The notes: a model not told the origin generated them from the sequence alone. DNA of 21,120 nt from a virus (IMGVR_UViG_2630968336_000003); one strand, 5' to 3'. Shown: positions 10,338-18,380, counted from the first letter of the stretch. Made by a program: numbers and translations.

Positions 10338-10553
10338 TTAATCAGTAATGATGACATTTGCTGCTGCAGGACCTTTAGCACCACTCTCTATAGAGAAGGT
10401 AACCTTTTGACCTTCAAATAAGGTTCGATAATTATCATTCTGAATCGCAGAAAAATGCACAAACACATCTTTACTACCATCAACAGGAGAAATAAAGCCG
10501 AAACCTTTATCAGCGTTAAACCATTTTACTAAACCAGTCATTTTATTTGACAT
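10338..10553 (-). CDS. cspB: cold shock protein, CspA family
   Basis: 71 aa; [23 protein letters not shown] with RNP motifs. Confidence 0.95.
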   Translation of the reverse strand: MSNKMTGLVKWFNADKGFGFISPVDGSKDVFVHFSAIQNDNYRTLFEGQKVTFSIESGAKGPAAANVIITD

Positions 10554-10569
10554 TCTACATTCCTTAACT

Positions 10570-10582
10570 TGAGCCTTTCGGC
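10570..10582 (-). promoter_or_regulatory. cspA-type 'upstream box'-like element in the cspB 5' UTR
   Basis: Minus strand reads GCCGAAAGGCTCA just upstream of the AAGGA Shine-Dalgarno; resembles the GCCGAAAGGCACA element of the cspA leader. Confidence 0.45.
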
Positions 10583-10853
10583 ATAAATGGTTTGCATAAC
10601 AGAAACGACTTCGTACTTAATTGGAGAGACTCAAAGAAGGAATAAGTGAATAACACCTGAAATGAGAACTGCTTTAGTAAACTACTTCGTATATCGTCTG
10701 TTCTTCAAACCGACGCAATCATTAACGCATAGTTGAACATATGAAGCAATGTTTATTTTAGACATCCAGCCATCTTCAACCCCATCAAAAAACTATAGCT
10801 TTCTTCAGGAACGTGTGTATAGTGCGCCAAGTTATCAGTATTAAGGAATTTTT

Positions 10854-11066
10854 TTGTCCCGTAAAATGACAGGAATTGTCAAAACCTTTGACGGCAAAAG
10901 CGGCAAGGGTCTTATCACCCCATCCGATGGTCGTATCGATGTCCAGCTTCATGTTTCAGCGCTCAATCTCCGCGATGCAGAAGAAATTACCACCGGATTA
11001 CGCGTGGAATTTTGCCGGATAAATGGTCTGCGTGGCCCTTCAGCTGCCAATGTTTACCTTTCATGA
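10854..11066 (+). CDS. cspF: cold shock-like protein (divergent CspA family)
   Basis: 70 aa; [37 protein letters not shown] has the CspA fold pattern with degenerate RNP motifs. Confidence 0.9.
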
Positions 11067-11120
11067 GCTATATTAAAGCTTTAATTTCAGGCCCCATCGG
11101 ATCACACATGGAGAGTTTTT

Positions 11121-11210
11121 ATGAATAACCCCGTCTGTCTTGATGACTGGTTGATTGGCTTTAAAAGCTTATGCTGTACTTTGGCCGTAATAGCTCTGCT
11201 AATAATATAA
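11121..11210 (+). CDS. hypothetical small hydrophobic peptide (29 aa)
   Basis: ATG at 11121 with GGAGAG 6 nt upstream; product [29 protein letters not shown]. Confidence 0.25.
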
Positions 11211-11358
11211 TAAGCAGACTCATTGTGTTTAGGGACATTGTACTGGAAGAAAACATTTTAAACATCAGGCAAATAACCAAGTCACCAGCTAAATAATAAG
11301 TTAACAGACATGAGTCCCGGGATGAGATTCAACATTACCATTGCCCCATTTAAAGCAC

Positions 11359-11384
11359 AAAACCCGCTCATCAGCGGGTTTTCT
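11359..11384 (-). terminator. rho-independent terminator downstream of quuQ (candidate tR'-like)
   Basis: ACCCGCT-GAUGA-GCGGGU hairpin followed by UUUUGUGCUUU on the minus strand. Confidence 0.6.
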
Positions 11385-11427
11385 ACTTTTTCTTAACGTC
11401 GGGTATACAAAGCCCATCGTTGAAAAA

Positions 11428-11456
11428 ATTTTATCCATATTTTTTGAAAAATGCAA
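11428..11456 (-). promoter_or_regulatory. candidate late promoter (PR'-like) just downstream of the Q antiterminator gene
   Basis: Minus strand reads TTGCAT, a 17-nt spacer, then TAAAAT; sits between the quuQ stop and the terminator at 11359..11384. Confidence 0.4.
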
Positions 11457-11487
11457 ACATCATGTCGCCATCTTCAGCAAAAATCAT

Positions 11488-12240
11488 TTATCTCGTCACC
11501 TTCCTCAATTGCGCTTCCGCGTATGCTTCTTCCTGCCAGCACTTTGTTACCAGTTTACCAATGACGTCCGCATACCCCTTATACCACTGATAATCGGTCA
11601 GGTCTGGTACCAGCTTCTGGACATGACGTCGTGCCAGCGTGGTCGGTAAACGACTAAACCGGTTTCCATTACAACGCCCACAAATCTTATATACCGGTAC
11701 GCCATGAAACCGGGTTCTTTTTTCATCCAGAACAATCCCTTTACCCTTACACCCTCTGCACGCTGTGCTGGCTTCGCCCTTACCATGGCAATGCTGACAT
11801 AGTTCCTTCACCCATTCTTCCTTGATTACAGATTCCCCGCGTCTGTAGTGTTTCACCACTTCGCGCAATACATTATAAAATCCCGTACCTGAACAATGCT
11901 CACAGCGAGCCTTACTTGCCGCAGACCTGGAGTAATCAGCAAAGGCAAAACTCACGAGGTAAGGAATAATCTGTAACCGGATTTCTTCACTCAATTTGTT
12001 CAATGTCGGGTTATCCAGTGCCATCGCGTAATTTAGCAGGCCTTCAATCGCAAACTGAGGGTCCTGAACACCAACTTTTGCCAGAAATAAGGCCAACCCA
12101 AGTGGTGCTTTCGACTGCACCATCCCCTGCGCTGCCATTACATCCGTAATTGTTAAACAACCGGTGCCTGTCGCTGGAGCGTCATCGCTCAATTTTGGAG
12201 ATTTTGGGGAGTAATATTTTGGTAAGGCTTCAAGGTTCAT
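11488..12240 (-). CDS. quuQ: late-gene antiterminator Q homologue
   Basis: Track ORF 11488..12270; the product from MNLEALPKYY... is about 250 aa. Four CxxCxGxG-type repeats and a position upstream of the lysis genes fit a Q-family antiterminator. Confidence 0.8.
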   Translation of the reverse strand: MNLEALPKYYSPKSPKLSDDAPATGTGCLTITDVMAAQGMVQSKAPLGLALFLAKVGVQDPQFAIEGLLNYAMALDNPTLNKLSEEIRLQIIPYLVSFAFADYSRSAASKARCEHCSGTGFYNVLREVVKHYRRGESVIKEEWVKELCQHCHGKGEASTACRGCKGKGIVLDEKRTRFHGVPVYKICGRCNGNRFSRLPTTLARRHVQKLVPDLTDYQWYKGYADVIGKLVTKCWQEEAYAEAQLRKVTR

Positions 12241-12253
12241 GCTCGTTCTCCAC

Positions 12254-13303
12254 TTACGCCAGTACGCCAATTGCCAGCGCGCGATCGATAAAACGAAATA
12301 TCAGCTCCAGTTGGGAGCCATACTTATCTTCAAATGCCACTGTATCCGTATGCAGCTCGTTGTGATGCTTTCTGCACAAAGGCAACACAAAGAGATCATG
12401 TGCTTTTGTTCCCATTCCGCCCTGCCCGTGACCAATCAGATGATGCGGATCGTCGGCTGGCATACCGCAGCAAGCACACGGCTGTGTCTTAACCCAACGT
12501 GTGTATTTCTCCTTAACCCAGCGGCGACGTTTAGGCAGCTTCATGAAAGATTCCGGAGACTCTGGATCAACGGTGATGCTTACCACCGTCTTTTCCTGTG
12601 GTGATTTTTGTTGCTGGTGGGCGTAAGGCAACGGTGCAAGATTTTTTGTGCGTTGTTTCAATATGCTGGTGGCGGTCAGCTCTCCCGGTACGATGTCGCT
12701 TTCGCGGTACACCGAGCAGATTTTTTCCGCTGGTAATCCCAGCGAACGACGCGATACAGCCTCAGGTAGTGCATCCACCACCTGATTGCAGACCGCCCAC
12801 CAGGATAATTCAGCCAAAGATAATTCCCGCTCCTGCGTACCGCTTATTGCGTGACGGATGACGTCAATCACCCATGCTGTCAGATTTTGTTGAGCAAGCA
12901 GCTCCAGTGATTCCGATGTCTGGTCACGCAGTTGGTTGTCGCAGTGCCAGCACAACACCATTGCGCCGGTACCATAACGGTGAATGACTGTTTCAGTGTG
13001 ATGGTAATCGCCATTAGGCCACTGGCAGGATGTAACATGACGTAATAGCCAGTCGGACAATGCGCCAACGCCGCCAGCAGCACGAATCACCCGTTCGTTA
13101 CTAAAAAACGGCAGCAATGTTTTGTCTTCCGCCAGCGGCTGGCGAACGGCAGGAACGACTCCGGATGGCAGATTACGCATGCTTTTTGGTTCCGGTTCCA
13201 CCAGCACTCGAGGATTATGAAATATCTGTATGGATTCACGGCCCGGCTTAAGGACCACCAGCCCAAGCTCAGGCACCAGAACAGGTCTAAGTAATACCCG
13301 CAC
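12254..13303 (-). CDS. ydfU: prophage protein with Cys/His-rich C-terminal motif (DUF968-like)
   Basis: Track ORF 12254..13342; a GTG at 13303 has a GGAGG Shine-Dalgarno 4 nt upstream and gives 349 aa. The C-terminus carries CACCG...HH...CRKHHNELH. Confidence 0.7.
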   Translation of the reverse strand: MRVLLRPVLVPELGLVVLKPGRESIQIFHNPRVLVEPEPKSMRNLPSGVVPAVRQPLAEDKTLLPFFSNERVIRAAGGVGALSDWLLRHVTSCQWPNGDYHHTETVIHRYGTGAMVLCWHCDNQLRDQTSESLELLAQQNLTAWVIDVIRHAISGTQERELSLAELSWWAVCNQVVDALPEAVSRRSLGLPAEKICSVYRESDIVPGELTATSILKQRTKNLAPLPYAHQQQKSPQEKTVVSITVDPESPESFMKLPKRRRWVKEKYTRWVKTQPCACCGMPADDPHHLIGHGQGGMGTKAHDLFVLPLCRKHHNELHTDTVAFEDKYGSQLELIFRFIDRALAIGVLA

Positions 13304-13304
13304 G

Positions 13305-13583
13305 TTACCTCCAGATCCGTTGCTGGAAAGTGCGGGACGCACGTGGTGGGCGTTCGGAATAAGGCAGCCTGACAGAGATTATCCAGTGCCGATAGTCGAG
13401 ACTGAGAGCTTTCTTAACCTCGAACCCGCGCCTGCGGTAAGAATGAATCAGCCATTCGGCCTGTTCTGCAGTGCATGGAGGGTGCTGGAACCATTCAGAC
13501 TTGAATGCGTGAGAATACCGCCCGTGCGTGCAGGCAAGAACGGGCGAATTATCAGAATTGTAATATTTTGCGTTGCGTGCCAT
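13305..13583 (-). CDS. hypothetical protein (92 aa), translationally coupled to ydfU
   Basis: Its stop (13305..13307) lies one base from the ydfU GTG start; contains conserved-looking Cys/His residues. Confidence 0.5.
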   Translation of the reverse strand: MARNAKYYNSDNSPVLACTHGRYSHAFKSEWFQHPPCTAEQAEWLIHSYRRRGFEVKKALSLDYRHWIISVRLPYSERPPRASRTFQQRIWR

Positions 13584-13649
13584 CGGTTTTCTCCGGTGGC
13601 ACGGTGTTACTCAGCGGGAGTTCAGCCCCGCGCAAGATTGTAGATGAGT

Positions 13650-13901
13650 TTATTCTCCTGAAAAAGCAGAAAAGCCAGCTTTTATTCCGATCTCTTTCAA
13701 TGCCTGTAATGAAGTGACAAACTCACCTTCGCGCAAGATAAATCCGTCCGTGACCCGAGCATCCACAAAATTAATTAACGCAGCCCCATTCTTTCGCAAA
13801 CACATAATGCGGTAATGACTAACAAGATTTCCATTTTCAACGCACACAGCATAGAGGCCATCTTCACAAAAAATTTTACGCAGTTCTTCGATGTTCATCA
13901 T
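13650..13901 (-). CDS. rem: hypothetical protein (83 aa)
   Basis: 83-aa ORF at the position between hokD and ydfU where Qin rem lies; assignment is by size and position only. Confidence 0.45.
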   Translation of the reverse strand: MMNIEELRKIFCEDGLYAVCVENGNLVSHYRIMCLRKNGAALINFVDARVTDGFILREGEFVTSLQALKEIGIKAGFSAFSGE

Positions 13902-14025
13902 CAGAATCCTTCCGGATAATTAGCTCTCCCCTTTAAGGGACCATCCCTCTTATCCCTGCGCGCTACTTAAGTATTTTTGATTCTATTCCGGCACCGTCCA
14001 GAACTTCAAACGCGTTGAAAATAAA

Positions 14026-14050
14026 AACAAAAACCCGCCGAAGCGGGTTA
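14026..14050 (-). terminator. rho-independent terminator downstream of hokD
   Basis: ACCCGC-UUCG-GCGGGU hairpin followed by UUUUUGUUUUUAUUUU on the minus strand. Confidence 0.7.
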
Positions 14051-14117
14051 AGTGCGGGTGCGTTGAGGATGCCTGCCACATCAGAGGTGGCGAGGGATTT
14101 CTCCCCCGCCGGGTCTC

Positions 14118-14273
14118 TTACTCCTCAGGTTCGTAAGCTGTGAAGACAGCGACCTCCGTCTGGCCGGTTCGGATTCGTACCTCGCAGAGGTCTTTCCTCG
14201 TTACCAGTGCCGTCACTATGACGGTTAAACAGATGACGATCAGGGCGATTAACATCGCCTTTTGCTGCTTCAT
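14118..14273 (-). CDS. hokD: Hok-family type I toxin (51 aa)
   Basis: Hand translation gives MKQQKAMLIALIVICLTVIVTALVTRKDLCEVRIRTGQTEVAVFTAYEPEE, a canonical Hok/Gef sequence. Confidence 0.9.
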   Translation of the reverse strand: MKQQKAMLIALIVICLTVIVTALVTRKDLCEVRIRTGQTEVAVFTAYEPEE

Positions 14274-14344
14274 AGCCTGCTTCTCCTGTCAACGCAAAGC
14301 AGAAGTGTCACCTTCGGTGCGAAACAGAGATGTCATGCTTTGGT

Positions 14345-14632
14345 TCAGAGAATGCGTTTGACCGCCTCGCTATATACTTCCGAGCGTTCTCTTTTCCCAA
14401 CAGAAATCACGAAAACGACAACTTTCTCGTCTATAACCTGGTATACAAGGCGATAGCCTGAAGACCGGAGCTTAATCTTGTAACAATCAGGCATACCACG
14501 GAGCTTGTTTGCTTCAATCCGGGGTGACTCAAGTACTTCAACCAGCTTCTTTTTCAACTGTTCACGTACCGTCGAGCCCAGCTTTCGCCATTCCTTTAGT
14601 GCCCGCTCGTCAAAATCCAGAAAATACGCCAT
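14345..14632 (-). CDS. relE: RelE mRNA interferase toxin
   Basis: 95 aa; MAYFLDFDERALKEWRKL... ; RelE/ParE fold pattern. Confidence 0.95.
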   Translation of the reverse strand: MAYFLDFDERALKEWRKLGSTVREQLKKKLVEVLESPRIEANKLRGMPDCYKIKLRSSGYRLVYQVIDEKVVVFVISVGKRERSEVYSEAVKRIL

Positions 14633-14871
14633 CAGAGTTCATCCAGCGTCACACGTACTGGCTTAGGATTACGAAGCCGTTCTTTCACTATCTCCACAAG
14701 TTCAGCATCTTCATCACTCAGGAGTGTCTGTTTGAACGGCAAGCGTTCATTGTCAGCGATATACTCGAGCATGAGACGAAGCGCTTCAGAAGGAGTTACA
14801 CCCATTTTTTCAAGCGCGGCGTAAGAACGCGCTTTAAGTTCATCGTCAATACGCAGGTTAATGCTACCCAT
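14632..14871 (-). CDS. relB: RelB antitoxin
   Basis: 79 aa; MGSINLRIDDELKARSYAALEKMGVTPSEAL (ribbon-helix-helix N-terminus); stop overlaps the relE start. Confidence 0.95.
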   Translation of the reverse strand: MGSINLRIDDELKARSYAALEKMGVTPSEALRLMLEYIADNERLPFKQTLLSDEDAELVEIVKERLRNPKPVRVTLDEL

Positions 14872-14882
14872 GTCTTACACCT

Positions 14883-14908
14883 CTTGTAATTACAAATGTC
14901 ATTACAAG
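14883..14908. promoter_or_regulatory. relBE operator (relO)-like inverted repeats in the relB promoter region
   Basis: Perfect 12-bp palindrome TTGTAATTACAA at 14884..14895 plus an adjacent imperfect copy (TGTCATTACAAG), about 13 bp upstream of the relB start. Confidence 0.65.
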
Positions 14909-15201
14909 TATCGCACTACAACATGCTTAGGGCAAGTCACGAAGGAAGTCAGAAAGTAGTCGTAAGAACGGTGATCACTGTCCGCTTTGTGCCAGGAGCA
15001 GCCATTGCTAAGTCCATCCTGTATTGTGCAGGTCAGCTCGTTTTTAAAGAGTCCGGCCATCATCTTACTGGTACAGACACCATATACTTTGTGACGGTCA
15101 GGCTACATATGCACAACTCAACTTATTCATCTATTTTTTGCTTTAGCATGTCAGTGTTGCTTTCTCGTCGGCGGGTGAGCGGTGACCTGACCTGTCGATA
15201 A
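14896..15201 (+). CDS. ydfV: hypothetical protein (101 aa)
   Basis: ORF at the size and position of Qin ydfV. It starts inside the relB operator and I see no strong Shine-Dalgarno, so its reality as a gene is uncertain. Confidence 0.35.
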   Translation: MSLQVSHYNMLRASHEGSQKVVVRTVITVRFVPGAAIAKSILYCAGQLVFKESGHHLTGTDTIYFVTVRLHMHNSTYSSIFCFSMSVLLSRRRVSGDLTCR

Positions 15202-15353
15202 AGGAACGTAACACGTTTTATGCAACACCCGCATGCGGCAGAAAATTATTGCCGAACGTTTACCCCTGTCAACAAGCTTTACTTTCTGAGGCGCGCCAGC
15301 CCGCGAGGAAAACAATCTGAACATCAAACAATTAATGACACAAGAAATACGAT

Positions 15354-15380
15354 TAAAGATTTTTTTGTGCATGCCGATAG
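15354..15380 (+). promoter_or_regulatory. sigma-28 (FliA) class 3 flagellar promoter for flxA
   Basis: TAAAGATT, an 11-nt spacer, then GCCGATAG, close to the sigma-28 consensus TAAAGTTT-N11-GCCGATAA, about 25 nt upstream of the flxA start. Confidence 0.8.
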
Positions 15381-15403
15381 TGCTTTTTTAAAAGGAGAAA
15401 TCT

Positions 15404-15736
15404 ATGTCTGTCACAATTCAGGGAAATACCTCAACCGTTATTTCAAACAACTCCGCCCCGGAAGGAACATCAGAAATAGCCAAAATCACAAGACAAATTC
15501 AGGTGCTGACTGAAAAGCTTGGGAAAATCTCATCGGAAGAGGGGATGACGACACAGCAGAAAAAAGAAATGGCTGCATTGGTACAGAAGCAAATTGAAAG
15601 CCTCTGGGCTCAACTGGAGCAGTTGTTAAGGCAGCAGGCAGAGAAAAAGAATGAAGACGCGACAGTTCAGCCTGATAAAAAAGAAGAGAAAAAAGACGAT
15701 ACAAATACCGCTGGCACCATTGATATTTACGTCTAA
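15404..15736 (+). CDS. flxA: FliA-regulated protein FlxA
   Basis: 110 aa, Gln/Lys/Glu-rich coiled-coil-like protein directly downstream of a near-consensus sigma-28 promoter. Confidence 0.85.
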   Translation: MSVTIQGNTSTVISNNSAPEGTSEIAKITRQIQVLTEKLGKISSEEGMTTQQKKEMAALVQKQIESLWAQLEQLLRQQAEKKNEDATVQPDKKEEKKDDTNTAGTIDIYV

Positions 15737-15749
15737 GTGACAGCCGTAT

Positions 15750-15776
15750 TGTGGCCCTCATCGGGCCACTTTTCGC
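15750..15776 (+). terminator. rho-independent terminator downstream of flxA
   Basis: GTGGCCC-TCATC-GGGCCAC hairpin followed by TTTTCGCC. Confidence 0.6.
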
Positions 15777-16120
15777 CATCAGCCTTTTCTTTAAAGACAT
15801 ATTATCTTTGTATCATTTCTGATAGTTAACATTACAAGATATAAGTAATGGACGCACTCCCAATTAGTCTATTTAAATCGCCACGAGTTTAACTGACAAC
15901 CCATGATCAATTATGAATTGCAACTATTTCTGTAGTCACTTTTGTGGGGACAGTCCACAAAACTGCCAACTTCCGCTTCTTGCTCTTAGCGGACATTAGC
16001 ATAGGCTATTTACCATAACGCCTCATTACGCGCACCGCCCAGACTGACTCAGCGCGTTTCTGGCATATCCCCGGTAAAACAAGTAACAAACCACCCGAAA
16101 ATGAACACCAGAAACGCGAC

Positions 16121-16348
16121 TTAAGAATCTACCCTATGAATGGATATGCACTCAACCGAATCGATCTTGGTTTCAATCTTTTTTATCGGGATCAGGCTTC
16201 TTTTTAGGTAACTTCGGGGGCTTAACTTGCTGATGACTTTGCGTTCGGCGCGTAAGCCAGGGATGGTCAGCTTTAGGTTTAACATAGTATTTTGAGCGTA
16301 AATCAATACGGGCATTATCCACTCGTTCATGGACACTCTTTTCATCAT
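16121..16348 (-). pseudogene. intK: short ORF at the position of the Qin integrase remnant (intK)
   Basis: 75-aa ORF whose start overlaps the ydfX stop in an ATGA arrangement. Too short for an integrase, and I recognise no catalytic motifs; the assignment is from the known Qin gene order only. Confidence 0.35.
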
Positions 16349-16635
16349 CCAGTGGTAGCCTCCATAATTGCAGGCACTAGCGCCGTGAACTTTTCACGCT
16401 TATCCCTGGTGTCGATAGCCTTCCAGCGTTCAAATATCTTCACTCGATTAACGCCAAGCGCTCGCTGATCAATCGCGCCACCTTCATATGTGACACGCTG
16501 AACATCGATGTTCGGGCGCTCTTTCAAAGCCCAGAATGCTTCAGTGATTAATATCGTCGCCTGCTCCTGTGTCATTCCTGGTCGACATATCCAGGCATCC
16601 AGAGCCTCACGAGCCTGTTCAGGAGTGATTTTCAT
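16345..16635 (-). CDS. ydfX: hypothetical protein (96 aa)
   Basis: ORF downstream of and overlapping dicC, in the position of Qin ydfX. Confidence 0.6.
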   Translation of the reverse strand: MKITPEQAREALDAWICRPGMTQEQATILITEAFWALKERPNIDVQRVTYEGGAIDQRALGVNRVKIFERWKAIDTRDKREKFTALVPAIMEATTG

Positions 16636-16849
16636 TGTTCAACCGCCCCGCCCGCTTCGTCTTACGATATTCATCATAAACTTTGGGATCATACTGAAGC
16701 TCCCCGCCAGATGCCTCCTGTAGACGCATCGCGCGACCTTCGGGAACTAAATCCCCTTTCCAGCTATAAAGCGAAGCCAAACGAATACCTGCTGCTTGTG
16801 CAAGTTTTGTTTTTGAACCGAAATACAAAAGAGCGTCAGTTTTAAGCAT
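16619..16849 (-). CDS. dicC: Cro-like repressor DicC
   Basis: 76-aa basic protein transcribed divergently from dicA, typical of a cro-type regulator (MLKTDALLYFGSKTKLAQAAGIRLASLYSW). Confidence 0.85.
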   Translation of the reverse strand: MLKTDALLYFGSKTKLAQAAGIRLASLYSWKGDLVPEGRAMRLQEASGGELQYDPKVYDEYRKTKRAGRLNNENHS

Positions 16850-16863
16850 TTAAAACACCTTTA

Positions 16864-16883
16864 TTGTTAGTCATAACTAACAA
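16864..16883. promoter_or_regulatory. candidate operator palindrome in the dicC-dicA divergent control region
   Basis: Near-perfect 20-bp palindrome TTGTTAGTCATAACTAACAA between the dicC and dicA starts. Confidence 0.5.
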
Positions 16884-16932
16884 GATAGATGTTAACAAAA
16901 ACATAGTCAATACGATTTAGCATTAGCTAACT

Positions 16933-17340
16933 ATGGAAACAAAAAATTTAACTATCGGCGAACGCATCAGGTATCGTCGGAAAAACCTCAAACACACCCA
17001 AAGGTCTCTTGCTAAAGCCCTGAAAATCTCCCATGTGTCTGTATCACAATGGGAACGGGGTGATAGTGAACCTACAGGGAAGAACCTTTTTGCCCTCAGT
17101 AAAGTATTGCAATGCTCACCAACATGGATTCTATTTGGCGATGAAGACAAGCAACCAACACCACCTGTTGAGAAGCCAGTTGCCTTATCCCCCAAAGAAC
17201 TAGAGCTCCTTGAGCTGTTTAATGCACTGCCAGAATCAGAACAGGATACCCAGCTCGCCGAAATGCGAGCTCGAGTAAAAAACTTCAATAAACTCTTTGA
17301 AGAATTACTAAAAGCCCGTCAGCGGACAAATAAAAGATAA
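16933..17340 (+). CDS. dicA: HTH (XRE family) repressor DicA
   Basis: 135 aa; N-terminal HTH (LKHTQRSLAKALKISHVSVSQWERG) of the P22 C2 / XRE type. Confidence 0.95.
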   Translation: METKNLTIGERIRYRRKNLKHTQRSLAKALKISHVSVSQWERGDSEPTGKNLFALSKVLQCSPTWILFGDEDKQPTPPVEKPVALSPKELELLELFNALPESEQDTQLAEMRARVKNFNKLFEELLKARQRTNKR

Positions 17341-17506
17341 CATCATCAATGAGTTATCTTTTACCACATCAATTATGTTAGCTATAGCATACAAAATCAC
17401 TTGACCGATATGTTAGTCATGGCTAATCTTGTTTGCATCAACACACCGCACGGTGTTCTCAGCAAACAGTTCCGCTACCCCAGCGTTAAGGGGAAATGAG
17501 GTCAGC

Positions 17507-17662
17507 ATGGATACTATCGATCTTGGCAACAACGAATCTCTGGTGTACGGCGTGTTTCCAAACCAGGACGGCACGTTCACCGCAATGACGTATACCAAAA
17601 GCAAAACGTTTAAAACCGAAAATGGTGCCCGTCGCTGGCTGGAAAGAAACTCAGGTGAGTGA
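17507..17662 (+). CDS. ydfA: small protein YdfA (51 aa)
   Basis: Track ORF 17429..17662; the internal Met gives MDTIDLGNNESLVYGVFPNQDGTF..., which I recognise as ydfA. Confidence 0.7.
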   Translation: MDTIDLGNNESLVYGVFPNQDGTFTAMTYTKSKTFKTENGARRWLERNSGE

Positions 17663-17663
17663 T

Positions 17664-17792
17664 ATGGATTTCGACACAATCATGGAAAAGGCTTACGAAG
17701 AATACTTCGAAGGCCTTGCCGAAGGCGAAGAAGCTCTCAGCTTCAGTGAGTTTAAACAGGCGCTTTCCAGTTCGGCAAAATCTAACGGCTGA
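17664..17792 (+). CDS. ydfB: small acidic protein YdfB (42 aa)
   Basis: ATG at 17664 two bases after the ydfA stop; product MDFDTIMEKAYEEYFEGLAEGEEALSFSEFKQALSSSAKSNG. Confidence 0.65.
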   Translation: MDFDTIMEKAYEEYFEGLAEGEEALSFSEFKQALSSSAKSNG

Positions 17793-17821
17793 TAAGCGAA
17801 ACAGCACCGCGAGGAATCAGT

Positions 17822-18040
17822 ATGCAGAAACGAGAACCCGTCATCATCGCGCCAGACTATACCGATGATGAACTTTATGAGTGGATGCGCCAGAAAATTA
17901 ATGCAGCGCAGGATCTGAAATGGGCTAATGAAGCCAGGGCTAAGCAGGCTGAAAATCTGTCCGCTCTGGAGCAGGATATCACCAATCTGGAAAAAGCAGC
18001 GGCATTAAGCATTGCCAGAATGATTACATACCCGCGTTAG
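17822..18040 (+). CDS. ydfC: small protein YdfC (72 aa)
   Basis: ORF with a GAGG-containing Shine-Dalgarno, at the position of Qin ydfC. Confidence 0.75.
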   Translation: MQKREPVIIAPDYTDDELYEWMRQKINAAQDLKWANEARAKQAENLSALEQDITNLEKAAALSIARMITYPR

Positions 18041-18380
18041 TAGCTAATCAACAAAGCTAAGGTTAGTAATTAAGGAGTTCTCCACGGGTGAGGTGGAGTG
18101 CGTGCGCCGGACACGGGTGCGCATCCGGAACTGACAGTTTACTGAAAGGATATTTCCCTGAAAAGTCAGACCATAACGCGAAAGCGCATGGCGAGGTAGC
18201 TGGTTCATAGATAGCCTGTCGTTAAATTTTCGTCGACCGTGCGCTTCCGGTTGTGGCAACCCGCGAAATGGCGCGGCGGTAAGTATGGCGGGGTTATTCC
18301 TTCCCCGTTGAGGACACCGGGTTGTCAGGTTGACCATACGCTTAAGTGACAACCCCGCTGCAACGCCCTCTGTTATCAAT

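Noticed and set aside
10055-10348. 97-aa ORF on the + strand
   Set aside because: Overlaps the cspB terminator and 3' region and has no ribosome-binding site.
12239-12861. + strand ORFs of 121 and 87 aa
   Set aside because: Lie wholly inside ydfU on the opposite strand.
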